A stretch of DNA of 64,000 nucleotides from Halocafeteria seosinensis. Taxonomy: Eukaryota. Both the position numbers and the translations under genes were made by a program. Under the pieces are notes generated by a model. That model worked only from the letters and a program-made list of their open reading frames with translations, did not search any database and was not told where the DNA came from. The stretch lies in NCBI GenBank assembly GCA_001687465.1, contig LVLI01000255.1:1-64000 (forward strand). Reading direction: 5' to 3'. Below, piece after piece: positions 47,401-59,802 of this stretch. How positions within the stretch are numbered: the stretch's first letter is position 1; each line of letters opens with the position of its first letter.

Positions 47401-48639
47401 GGCTAGTACATGTGCGTTCCAATCTGTGCCACTAGCTACCGATATGAACAATCAAGCATCCATCCTCAGCGCAACGTGACGCCAGATGACGTGTTAGAGG
47501 TGTGCTGTAAGTGTTCCGAGCGGTTTCTTGCAGAGCGGCACCCATGACGATACAACGCCGAATAACAACAGAATTTTGTCAGGCATATTTCTGTTGTCTA
47601 TCGAATCTCAGTGAAGACAGTGAGATTGTGTTCTACAGCAATTCTCCCTCGACTGTGAAGTGTCTGCAGTCCGCGACGCCCAGCGTTCAGACCGAGCCTT
47701 CTCACCATTGTTTTGTTGCAGCTTTGGGCCGCGAAACACTGCTGTTCCTTCTTGGTGTAAACGTGATGCGAACGAGCAATTTGGTACCCCTCTCCAAGAA
47801 ACTACGGTTACCCACACAACAACCCAAGTGTCCTGGTTGGGGAAGCTACTTACCAAGTATCCACTTTCTACCTAATTTCGAATGAGTCAGATTGAACAGA
47901 AGAACAGTTCTCCGCATGGAAGGAAATTCCTGTTAATTCTTTCTTGCACGTAACAGGTTCTCAAACAATGTTGACCAACTGGCAAAATTGCATAAGTTAT
48001 GTCAGCAAGCTTCGACTCATAAACAGACACACATACGCATACCACATATGTGACAGATAACCCACCGGCCGGACTCACTGCATCTGGAAAGCCCCATTCA
48101 CCCATTGTACCAACAGTGTACAGATAGGCCCACACTGCTGGACGTAGCGGAATTGAACAAAGCTGCTGCTCTGTTATCAGGGAAGGCTGCATAGGAAGCC
48201 AGTAATGATCAATAAAAACTTTGCCGGATGAAGAGCAATCTCGCAAGGCCGTTAAAATTGATATGGGAACTGTTCAACGAACGATATGAAACAACGTCAG
48301 CACTGAAATGGGACTCACTCCACCTAAGAGAGTATCGGAAGAAGCCGCAGCAGGGTAACACCGTATATTTTTCTACTAACAAGACGGAAGAAGCAGACAT
48401 AGCGAGAGATTCTGAAACGTAACAGGTATTCTTTGACAACACTTGGAACGGCCAAGCCGATATCAGTCTCAATTAAATAGCAAAGTTTAGTGTAACTCAG
48501 TAGACCCAACACACTCAGGGGCTAAGTTTTTGGCGGACTCAGTGCCAACGGTTCACATCGTTGGAGTCTAAACACCAAATAGGGTATCACTCTAATCCTG
48601 CAGTATATGAAGCCCTCAATCCGCTACTAAGAACCACCC

Positions 48640-48761
48640 TCAGCTGTAAGCTCTGGAGCACTTCCTAGAACCTAGTCTGTACTGTCCCGTCATAACTATG
48701 AACCTTGCCAGGTGCTCATTGGATCCGCCATTTTTCGTCCTCTCTTACACCCGAAACAATA
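48640..48761 (-). pseudogene. Possible decayed small Zn-ribbon gene (DUF5679-like)
   Basis: YCFGCKRGRKMADP followed, after a frameshift, by RFIVMTGQYRLGSRKCSR; the second CxxC pair is absent, each codon being one substitution from Cys. Confidence 0.3.
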
Positions 48762-49049
48762 ACTCGAAACCCTAACCGGAGCACCACTCTCCTCTTAAAG
48801 TCCTTCCACCAGGCCACATCTTAGGACAGGCAAAACAGTATTAAAGAAATCATAAACGCCGTTATCTTTCCGCTTTCTATAGGCGCAGCCGATAAAGCCT
48901 TGGAATATCTGGCAGCCTCCAGTGCAATGGAACGGGGTATGGTACTGCCGAAGGCAGGGAGGGACCAACACTTAGGTAGCTCCATACGAGAGAGGTTCTC
49001 GTACACTATATCAAGGCTTTGACAAAAGTACCTCAGCCTACTCCCTGCA

Positions 49050-50336
49050 CTATGATTTCGTTTTTAACTTGTCCAGGTCATTTTTCATTGTCTTCATAGC
49101 CTTTGGCCTTCCATCCAGCTTAGTATAAATTGAAATTCCCTTCTCCTCTAGTCTTCTTTGGAGCTCTTTACGAGCTTCGTCTTCTCTCGGTGTATTTTCC
49201 ATTTTCCACAGCTTGTAGTCGGAATAATCACTGATCGTTTTCGGATTGCGCCGTTTCTTTATCTTCTTTTGCTGAGGAGAGCTCGGACCCTCATCCGCTA
49301 CCGTGATTTGACGCAGGGCATCAATATACTGAGTCGTCGCTTGGAGTTCATCGCCCGGCGCCGCTATATTGGCGGCGTGTAGAGCAACGGCGGAATTATA
49401 GTACCTTTCGAGTTGATGAGCAACCTGTTCGTCATCCATAGCGTTGAAAGCGAGACCCATTTCTTCCTGGTCTAGCAGCACCACACCACAATCTTCCCCT
49501 AGAGAGGAACTCCGCAGATACCAACCAGTAGACATCCGTTGTATGCGGTAGTCACTGGGAACAGAATCCACATCCCCTACTCTGTGACATAAGCATATCA
49601 ACACCTTCTTTACCCCTTGGGTAACGTCTTGGAGGTGGGACGGAAAGACTCTCTCAAACTCTCGCTCTATTGCCCCTATGTCAAGCGGGGCGACCTTACG
49701 TTTTATCTGAAAACTGCTAAGTAGTGGGTGCAAATAGTAATAAGCAACTGAAGAGTTGTCAAAAGAATAATATAAAACGTTGTTGCGAAAATGTTTCCAC
49801 ACAAACACCCAATCGCTGGGCAACACTTTCCGCATCGGCTGATTCCGCTTAAGGAACGCAGATGGCTCCAAGCGTTTTACAACGTCTTCCTTCTCCTTCG
49901 ACCGGTTTTCAATCGAAGTGATTATCGGTTCCTCTCCAGTCCTCTCCTTCTGAAAAACCGGCAGTCTGGCAACACGTAAGTCGTACGGACAGTACATCAT
50001 TTCTCCAACATCAGGGAACCAAGGCAAGGGGAGAACCGACCGTATCTATCACCTGATCCTCCAACCGGAGTTGTACTGGTCTATCCAGTAACCGGGGACT
50101 CTTTTACGCGTTGGTTATGCTCCTCAAGGGTCGGTCTTCTATGGGAGGTAATCGCCCTCGCCGTCATCTTCGTCGTGAATCCGATAAATCTCAATTCCTT
50201 AACCAATCTGGACGAATGCCATTCGTGTGAAGACGTCAATCATCACCAGAAAAATAAAGTCCCCAGAGCTCGACAAATCCATCGCCACCACATTAAAAGG
50301 TTTCTCCGCGTTTATTTCTTTTAATGTTTTCACTGT
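49050..50336 (-). pseudogene. Disrupted rve-type integrase fused in frame to a still-open 325-codon C-terminal region
   Basis: 50336-50202 reads TVKTLKEINAEKPFNVVAMDLSSSGDFIFLVMIDVFTRMAFVQIG; the same frame continues through six stops (IYRIHDEDDGEG, WIDQYNS) into ORF 49050-50027. Confidence 0.65.
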
Positions 50337-50420
50337 TTAGAAAACACACACATATAAACTTATACAATACTGCTTTAGGATCCATCTTTTATAGTGTGTG
50401 TTTTCTAAAAAGTGAAAACA
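50325..50420. repeat. AT-rich inverted repeat (about 27-33 bp arms)
   Basis: tgttttcactgtttagaaaacacacac(a)tataaa ... tttatagtgtgtgttttctaaaaagtgaaaaca. Confidence 0.85.
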
Positions 50421-51188
50421 CACTATAGAAATGTCTTGTTCATTAGGGTGTATCTATCAGGCTTTAAGTCGCTTAAATTAAGCTCTTTTGCCCAACGCTT
50501 ATATTAAGCTGTTTAAATGGTGATACGTATCACGCTGGCGATCCACAATGTACAGATTTCCATCGATTCTGGGTTTGTTATAAGATCGTTGAAACAAAGT
50601 TTGTTGCGTTATAACGTACCCGAAATTTTACAAATGTGTTATAAGAAAGTTGAAATTTACGGATTCCCCATTGATACTGTCCACAACCTGCGTATTGTGT
50701 GCACAGGTACGCTTCTGATGTTACCCACCAAAATAACACGACATAGCTTGAGATGTGCATAACAGTAAACAACTGTTACTACAAGTAGACGGAAGATCCC
50801 AGCTTGGATTCCCAAGTAAGAAGCAAAACTAGCCTTTCATCCCACCCAATCAGTACTCGAATCCGGTGCGTTGAATCGTCAATCTTGCTTGAGGTCTACA
50901 ACCTGGAAAATCGACCGGTTTGACAGGATGGAAATTCATTCTGAATTCGAGGGTTGACACCATTGCAGTACGGTAGATTGCTATTGGCAACTTGCAAGTG
51001 CTATCATTGCTTAGCAACTTGGACGTTTCGTCCTTCACAAGTTGCGACAGCGACGGTCACTGCGACCCCCTGGATCATCAGAACGCCATGAACTATTCAT
51101 AGATCAGAATTTGATTGACTTGTACTTTAATTTCTGTTTCGTACCCGACAATCACTCGTCAGCGGCTTTCTGCAATGCAGGAGACTTA

Positions 51189-54100
51189 ATGGCGGCGTGC
51201 ATGCTACAACTGTATGTTTGCGGGTGCCACCGTTAAGCCATTTCAATTGAGTTGTACTTGTACAATACACGCACATACCTAGGACGAATCGGACTACGAG
51301 CAGCACTAAATAAATATGCAGTTTGTACACGGGAATCCCCAGCGCTCTCGAAAGCAGAGAGCACCCCAGAGACTCCCGTCCTCTTCGACTGAATTCCCTG
51401 CTTCACCGATCTCTACCGGAGGAGGAGAAGGAGATACCCGACGGCAAAGCGCACAATCTCTTCAGCGCGATTCGGTCAAGGGAATTAGTATCCAGCCAAG
51501 TAAGTACCCATACAGAAGAGTTGGATGAGCTCAAAAGGGAAAGTATCTCTTGTTTCGGACCCACAGCCGCAGCGAGACATGAACCCAGTCATGAGAAGCT
51601 GCCAGCTTCGATCCGAGACACAAGTTTATGGTCGTTGGAGGAGCAAGTGTCCGGTGTTTCGCTCAAGTCGTCGATACAGGGTGTGTCTTTACAAAGCCTG
51701 CAACAAGAGTCGATGGGTGTGGAAGAGAATCCAGAAACTAACGCATCCCCGTCCCCTCGTCCTGCAAACAGTACCGATAAACAACCCACCGCATTCCGAG
51801 CGGCTTTTCATAGCATGTCCGGAAGTTCGATTCCGAGAGACCAACACTGCCTATCCGTCCCCACAATCTACGTAAGTTGTTCGTCTAAGAAGGCAAGCTG
51901 TAGCCTTCATCGTGATCGACATTCGTACTGCACACAGGGTTCGTCTATCCTGCAAGACGATAATTACGGAAGAGGGACAAATCTTAAGACAGTCACCGAG
52001 GACTCAGTTCCGTCCAAGGTACCATCAGGCAAAGAAGATAATGCATCAGACCGACAGTCAATTAAAGCAAGAAAGCCACAAATTACGAAAAGTTACCAAG
52101 CAGGAGTTCAGAGAGCGAAACATCGGCGTATCAAATTCGATAAAGTTTCACAGGTGGATACATTTGATACTACACGCAGAAGTGTGGAGGACATGCTGGA
52201 AGCCTACATCAGTTCTCAATTTACCTTTTTGGAACGGGTTGCTAACCTAGATTTTTCATCAGTGTCATTCTGGCTTTCTCACGCGGCAAGAGGGGAAATG
52301 AAGAAGTGGTTAAACGATTTGTCGTCCCTTGTAGTCTTACATAAGTTTCAATCCCCGGTCCTCTACGCCGAATACGTACTTGAGCATACGCTGCATTTGC
52401 TCAATTTTTCTGTCGATAACGATGGTACGTTCAGCGAAGGCGTTTTAGATGCAAATTCGCGAGGTACGCCCTCTGAAGATGACGTAACCGCTGATTCAAT
52501 TTTTTGCCAAATATGTTTTGAGTTGCTGAGACATCTTATTCTCTCTCTAACGAATACGGAGCTAATTGTAGCAAATACGTCTACCTCTCAGGGTGCGGCA
52601 AGCTATACGCAGACAACGATGATAGCAACACTCTCAGTCTTAAACATTGTGAGGAGCCTAACATTCCAAGGCAAGGAAGCGTGCACGCCGTACCATAGAA
52701 GTACAACGCCGCATTCAGTGTTGCATCGAGGGGAAAATGGCTTCAGATTGAATGCTTGGAATACTTACTCCTATCTTGCGCTATGGAAGAAAACTCAACA
52801 TGACAATGAATGCTTGAGAAAGAGACTGAAGCAGAAGGAATCGCGTCTTGAAACGCTTCAGGAAGCGTACAAAGAAAAAATTCGAAGATATCACCAGCTT
52901 GTCTGGAGGTTTGCATCTAGAACTGCTCTCCTCGCTAAACAGAAGCGCGACCTATATTTTGCATATGTGATATCACCTGTATAGTATGTGTCCCTATCGT
53001 CACCCGTTATTAAGTGGTCAAATTGAACGAGTTGCGTTTCGGTTTTCCGCAGTGGGGTCTTAAAGATTTTACAAAATATTCCAGAACAACGCGCTCAGTG
53101 TGTTATCCTCAAGGCAGCTGCCAGTCTTAAGGGGGGAGTAAACAGTGTGTGCGTGATGAAACAGATGCTGCTACTCTCTCCTGAAAGACGAAAGCTGCTC
53201 TTTACCGGAATCAGTGCCTGGTGAGTGTTCGCTAGTTGGTCAATATTTGCATGCTCCATGTTCATTTCAATGGAATTGAGCTTGTTTTCAGGCTTCGAGT
53301 TGGCGATGCCGCTCTACGGCAAGTTCTGTTTCATTCACGAGATAGCAACATGAATTTTGACTTGAAGAGGACCGACCCTTCAGAGGAAAAGTCCCTTACC
53401 AATAGCTTTAACGAGTTCTATTCCGGAGTGTCGTTTTCAGAGCAACCGCTGCTACTGCAGCAGTTCTTGGGACAATTTATCGAGGAGCACACAGTAGCTA
53501 CGAATTTGAGGGTTTTGCTTGAGGCATCAGAAGGGGTCGTGGAAGAAATATCCTCTACATACGAAAGCGGGGTTTCACAAGATATTGTGTCATCCTTGAA
53601 AACTGCACTCGCATCTCAGTTCGGTTACATGATTGAGGCACAGTATTACGAAGACAAGAAAGAGAAGCAACAAGAGCAAGAGGATCAACGTTCTTGGGCA
53701 TACCTTCGCGAGTCGTTGGATAGAAGCCGCCGACGACTGTTGGATGAAATGAGCGGAAAGGAAACAATAGAGGACACACACCAAGAAGAAATAGAGGCAT
53801 CGACGAGAGAAAATGCAGCTGCACCTGACGAGCCCCTTCAAGATGGATCAGAGCATGGGGTTGTGACGATGGATCAGGAGGAAACTCGACAGGCACTACT
53901 AGGAGAAACAGAAGTCACATCCGCGGCTGCGGTTCTTGAGCATAGAATCTTCGTGGAAGAGGCGAGGCCTCTGATCGAGGATGCTCGTCTGCTCAGTGGG
54001 TTTGCAGCCCTCGTCTACAATGTAGGGAAGGCTATCCAGGGATATAATGGTGAAACGTGGACAGGTATATCCGCCAGTGAGCTCTCGGACTGTGTCGAAG

Positions 54101-57100
54101 AGCCGGCCCTGACTACCGCTAAAATGGTTCGAGAAATTGAGTCTCTCAAAAATTACTACTACGATACAGCAAGCAAGCTTGCAGAAGAAACGGAGAAGCG
54201 TGAAGGCTTAGAGCGCGAGGTGAACGTGCTTCGTTGGAGGCTTGGTCTTAACAAGAATATGGTAAAACAGTTCAAGGAGTCATTCTTGTCTGAATTTAGC
54301 CGACGGAGACAATTATTGTCATCGATCCCGTCAGAAAAAGCTAGCTCTCCTCATGGTTGGAGTTGGAAACTCTCGTATGCTCAGATAAGTAATATCCAGG
54401 AGCGGTGTGGGAGGAACCAAGCAAAGGTAGAGTCCTATCATATTCAGGAACCATTTCGTTCGCTATTGCGTTACAACTATGGTTTAGGAGCATTCGAACA
54501 ATACCGGGCTCGCGAGACGAGCATTCCTTCTGTTACGATTTCGTGGAATCCATTGGTGCTGGCTGAATTGGGTCTCACACACGCGGATGCCTACATGCTG
54601 GGATCAGATTTTGTCCAATCACTGATTTTCGCTCGTCTGGAAGATCTTAACCACCAGAACGCCTTTATCTCACGAATTGCGGAAGCCACCAAAGAGCGAC
54701 CGAATATACCGACCGACGTAATCGAGCCGATACGCTCTTACACCGAGCTGAAGCTACCACTATCGAGAGATCAACAAATTACGCTTCAAGAGAGTTGCTT
54801 TTTGTATTTCAAACATTGGGCTGTGTTCCTCCAGCGGCAACTACACAAGGGGTCCCCGAACTCTCTTAGCCCTCTGGATCCGTCGCTGCGATTCGTTGGC
54901 GGGCATGTGCTCAAGTCCTTATTTCAAGCCCTGGGCCTTGAAATGCCAAGAAGCTGTTTTACCGGTGATGATCCAGAAATTCTTTCTATCTTTGAAAACT
55001 GCTGGCGCTATGTCTTGTTTCCGCCCGAGGCATCTGCCGTGACGGATAAAGGAACCCAAACTGTAGCAGAGACTGATAGTGAGGCAGTGGGTGCATTTAC
55101 GTTTAGTACGTATGATGAAGACGAAGACACAAGTGATGTTGTTGTCGTAGAAGAACAAACGGAATATCAAGAGTATGAGGAGTTCCCTAAAGTAGATTTC
55201 TTTCCTGCAAGGCAGCCCCACCACAAGAACGAAGAAGCAACGACAGAGCATGGGAGTGTGCCCTTCAGTCTCCCCTTATACTTGCCGAATATCGGGGTAC
55301 GGGTTACGTACAACATTGATGACATACAGCTCAAACGTTTCAATGCAGTCTCATCAGGTCATTTTCCCTTGCTGACTGCTGTCGGTCTAGGATCGCCTTT
55401 TGAAGCCGCCGATTCAACAGAACCCGCAGGAGCGGGTCAAAATGACAACGAGCCCGACCATGAGAAAGCAGGTCAACACCGTAGGCAATCCACTTCTACG
55501 CTTTCTGAAGACTCCATTTCACTAGAATCCAATATGCGGTATATTCTTGACGAATCGACTGCGTATAAGCACTGCTTCCGAGGGTACACCGAATCTTTGT
55601 TTTGCTCTCGAGCATCATTGCTACGTGATATAGTGACTACCTCGGTGGACAGCAGCTCGACCGATGACTCTGAAAAGGCACCAGAGAAGGAAAACTCTTT
55701 ATTCTTCGCATTGAAGAGCAATAGAAGTACAGCGTTCTTTCGTATTCAGCGGTGCCATCTTCTACAGGGATTTGCAAACCGAAATTTTGCAATGACAGTG
55801 TCGTCTCATAGCCCACTCTGTAACCCGAGTACAGTCCTTCAACAGCGGTCAATGTCGGATCTTGTCGCTGGTGCAGCTGTTTGGAACGTTGCTACAGGAG
55901 AAACTTTATATAATGTAACGACAGGCGGTAAACCTATATCGAGCACATTGGACAGGATAGTTGAACTGTTTGGAGACTTTCCGTGTGAGACAATTCTGGA
56001 ATCGTTGCTTTGGGGTAAACGCTATGTAGCGTTTGAACGTAAGGAGTGGGAGTCTGAAAATCGCATAAGCGACTACATGGCTAATTGCCTCGAAGGGCCA
56101 TGTTTTGTAGACTATCCCTACATGGTTTTACACGAGCGCTCTCTGGCTGTTCAACGATGTGACCTGGCTTTGTACAAGAAGGAAGATGACGCAACTGAGA
56201 GAGTAGAAGATCGCCAGCTTGCTGTGGACTTGCAGAAGCTACTAATGCGAACAAAGAGTACGACAAAAACTCTCTTTCCTCACCTGAAAAATGCAATTGC
56301 TAGTGAAATACCGAATCAAATAAATTATACCGCACCCGATATTGAGAAGGCACCATGGAGTATTGAACACACTCACAGGATGATAAAACTTATTTTCGAG
56401 TGGGTCTATGCGAGTGACCTACTTCAGGATAGTATTGCACCGGAGAGCCTGTATATGCAGAGGGATACCGGAGAAAACAGCGGCTTTATTAGTGTATTAC
56501 ACTCTTTCTCCCTCAAGTTCTTTAGAGAACCTGCAAATTCTGGGTCTATACTAAATAATAATGGGGAAGAGCAATGGATAACTTCGTTCAAGCGCAGTGT
56601 AGAAGCCTATTCACTTCTCTCTCCCCGCTGTCGGATATTCGGTCTACTGACTGGATGGACTGACAGTTTAGACAGCACGAACATTTCGCAGAGTATACAT
56701 AATGTAGGCGCCGAGGATCACACAGCATCGGCGGAATCTCTGACGCAGGATTCTCAATCTTCCCTACAGAGATCTTCAGTTGTATCAACATCATCCCCGT
56801 CAGCTAAAGGAGCGGGCACGACATTCCGCGAGATGAAGCAGTACCCAAGTGTAAACACTATTAGGCATCAGATGGACGCGCTTGAGCTTGTGCTGGCTAT
56901 GTACACCCACTTACTCCCCGAAGACATAAAGAGAGAGGACGGGAAACTCCCCGTGGGATCTGGTGGCCATGTGTTGCAACCAAGATGGTCCGATATACAT
57001 GGAAAGGAGCCTTCTACTTTCCCCAACTTCGTATCTATCCCCTTGGAAATGGATTTTGATCGCAACTTGCACCCGGATAAAGGGTGTTACGACGAAGAGC

Positions 57101-57885
57101 GTACCATTGTACTGACCGGGGAGCAACACGCTACCGAAACGCTTCGGTCTCTATTGATCAACGCGGCTCCGATTTCGCGTACACATATGAAGTTGCATTG
57201 TGATATGTATCAAACGATGGATATGCTGCGGTACTGTAGCCAAAAGAAGCAGATTAAAATACCCAAAGTGTTGGATAAGCCTTCAAAAGGTAGTCGCCTG
57301 TATCACCAATATGCGATACAGAATCCTCTAGCCTCGAAGACAGCCACTTCTGGAACCGGCACTGAAAGATCACGTAGACGAAAATCATTGACTCGAGCGA
57401 CGCGAGAACAGTATGGGTATTCTAAACTGGGAAGTACGACGATAAAGGTCCCCAAAAGTGTATCAAACGCTAGAGAAGGTAGTTCTTCATCGCGCATCAT
57501 TCAACACTTGGCTTCGGCGGACGTAGTCGTTGGCCTGGCAATGAATCACTGCTTTTTCAACTGGGAGGAGGCTGAAGGAAGCATGTATCCTTCACCCGCC
57601 CTTGCACTTCCCTACTCTCCTTCGACAAGTATTTACGACTTGAATCTCAATTTGCTGCACCAACGTTGCCAGAGAGTAATTGAGGAGAACGTTCTTCCGC
57701 GTATAAGAGCGGTCGCGTCGGCACAGTCATCTGACAGAAGCACTGATGCAGTAAAAGCTGTCGATCAGAGGAGCAGGCACTTTAAACTTGACATAGATTC
57801 AGCTGTTGAGTTGGGGCTCCTGGGGTGGCACTTTGCACGGCTGGCTATTTATGACCAATCATTGGTGTTATCTGACGGACTCTAG
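51189..57885 (+). CDS. Large (>2100 aa) hypothetical protein with coiled-coil segments, multi-exon
   Basis: ORFs 51323-52984 and 53236-57885 in the same orientation with short GT-AG introns between them; small first exon MAACMLQL splices in phase; no domain recognised. Confidence 0.65.
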
Positions 57886-57924
57886 AGCTCCCGAATATTC
57901 CCACGGAATGCTGATGCGTGCTTT

Positions 57925-59802
57925 TCAGCGTCCTGATAATCCTACAGCGAGGAATCCTCTTTCGATACGGGTATGTTGTAATCCCAGTTTACTTTTTACG
58001 CCGGATGAAAGTGTCATTGTGGTCCTTCTACCCTTATTTGATCTGGTCAAAACGCGTGACGCAGGAGTCCAAGCATGTGGATCTTCGGTGTATCGTTCGG
58101 GGAGACGCTGGATAATGGTATCAACCGGTTCCGGGTATGCTTCTGTGGATAGTTCTCGGTTGTGTACACAGAGTAGATCAAACTTTGCTGGTGGATAGAA
58201 TGACTGCTGAGACCGCAAAAATAGTTGCGAGATGTCTCCACTATTTGGTTGGCTTTCCTGTGGCTTGATATTCAAGTTCCATAGGCGTTTTTTGTTCTCT
58301 CTTTTGTCCTCGCCCCAATTATTTGAAAATGAGAATTTCTTTGCTGCACATAGCTCGGTGGTGTGGTCATGAAGGTTAATTCTAATTGAAGACCACATTG
58401 CTTGCGACACCTTATATCTCATTGCGACAGATGTTTGCATCAATTCTGACAACTGTCCAAACGTGATACTCTTCGGATCATTGAAAGGAATTTTCAGACT
58501 ATTGCTAATTGCGAGCGTGTAGCGGGAAAGGATGCTGGAATACAAGGCTGAATTAACTGAGACCGGTTTGGTTCTGGGATCCGATCCTTGGATTCGTACC
58601 GAGGCTTCAAACTGGTGCGGTGGATGCTTCTCTTGAGTTTTTTCACCTCTTGCCGCTTGGGATGAAATTTTGTCTCGCCGAGTGCGTCGCTCCCTCGCTA
58701 TGGCACCAACACTGAGTTGCCAGGAACCTGAACTCTGCTCTAGAGGAAAAATGCTTGCTAGTGAAGCAACTTCCCCAGAGTTGACGCCTTCGTGGTTCGC
58801 AATATACACATGCTTCACCCACTGGTAGACTTGAAAAATACCACCTGTTGGTTGTAAGGCGTTTTTGTCGACAGCTACTCCTCCTTCGGAGATTCTGCAG
58901 TTGCTCACGGGTTGCTGTACGGTGCCGTTTAAACCGTAAAGACATTGAATCTTAAAGCGGTCCGTGGTGATGGGTGCAAGTGCAGTAGGGTATCCAGCAC
59001 AGTGATGGTTAAATTTGAATGTAAGTCGTTGGGCATGTAGACCAGCAGAAAAGTTCCAAACTGCAGATTTTTGCCAGGATCCAAGTTTCATGGGCAACTT
59101 TCGCGGATGCACTTTAAGTGTCCAATCAACACTTGCACTGTTCAACATAGATTCTAGTCCATTTCCCGTTCCCATGGGAAACGCTACATGCCCCACTCGG
59201 AGATGCCCTCCGTAGAGGCTATTCGGACTTCCAAATTGATGGTTGAAAGTGATCATTGGCTTGAGAGGTCTCCCCTGTTGTTGTTGCATTTGCGCCGTGC
59301 AAGCAATACTCGGCCAGGGCGACGTACCTTCCTTCTCATCGTACGTGTGTTTTTCTCTTCCTGCATCGTCCAATGCCTCTACAGAAACAGAGCTGGAGTA
59401 GGATCCCTCCTCAGTATCTCCGCCTTCGGTATCAACAGGTCGTTCGCTTGTGAATTGTTGTGCTCGTCGTCGTCCGAATGCCTTGGCATGTTTCCTACCA
59501 CGAGTCGTTGGAGTGGACTTCTTCCATGTGTGTGAATGCGACACGGAGCTCGCTCTACTCCATTCCCCGTAGTTGCATAAAGCGCCGATGTCAGCATTGA
59601 CCATGGCTCTCGAGTGCGCATTCCATTGCCCGCGACGACTGGGCTCGTATGCTTGCTGTTGCTGCTGCAGCACACCGCAGAAGGTCACCGAGACTCTGGA
59701 TTCCTTGTCCTGTTGCCGAGACGCAGGGATTTGCGCGCTCGCGAGCAGCTGGGAAGCATTGGATCCAATGGGAGCATTAGAGAGCATACGGGCCGCCCCC
59801 AT
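57925..59802 (-). CDS. Hypothetical beta-strand-rich protein (625-aa ORF; 5' end uncertain)
   Basis: Long uninterrupted ORF ending tail-to-tail with the neighbouring gene; many alternating hydrophobic/polar segments. Confidence 0.6.
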   Translation of the reverse strand: MGAARMLSNAPIGSNASQLLASAQIPASRQQDKESRVSVTFCGVLQQQQQAYEPSRRGQWNAHSRAMVNADIGALCNYGEWSRASSVSHSHTWKKSTPTTRGRKHAKAFGRRRAQQFTSERPVDTEGGDTEEGSYSSSVSVEALDDAGREKHTYDEKEGTSPWPSIACTAQMQQQQGRPLKPMITFNHQFGSPNSLYGGHLRVGHVAFPMGTGNGLESMLNSASVDWTLKVHPRKLPMKLGSWQKSAVWNFSAGLHAQRLTFKFNHHCAGYPTALAPITTDRFKIQCLYGLNGTVQQPVSNCRISEGGVAVDKNALQPTGGIFQVYQWVKHVYIANHEGVNSGEVASLASIFPLEQSSGSWQLSVGAIARERRTRRDKISSQAARGEKTQEKHPPHQFEASVRIQGSDPRTKPVSVNSALYSSILSRYTLAISNSLKIPFNDPKSITFGQLSELMQTSVAMRYKVSQAMWSSIRINLHDHTTELCAAKKFSFSNNWGEDKRENKKRLWNLNIKPQESQPNSGDISQLFLRSQQSFYPPAKFDLLCVHNRELSTEAYPEPVDTIIQRLPERYTEDPHAWTPASRVLTRSNKGRRTTMTLSSGVKSKLGLQHTRIERGFLAVGLSGR

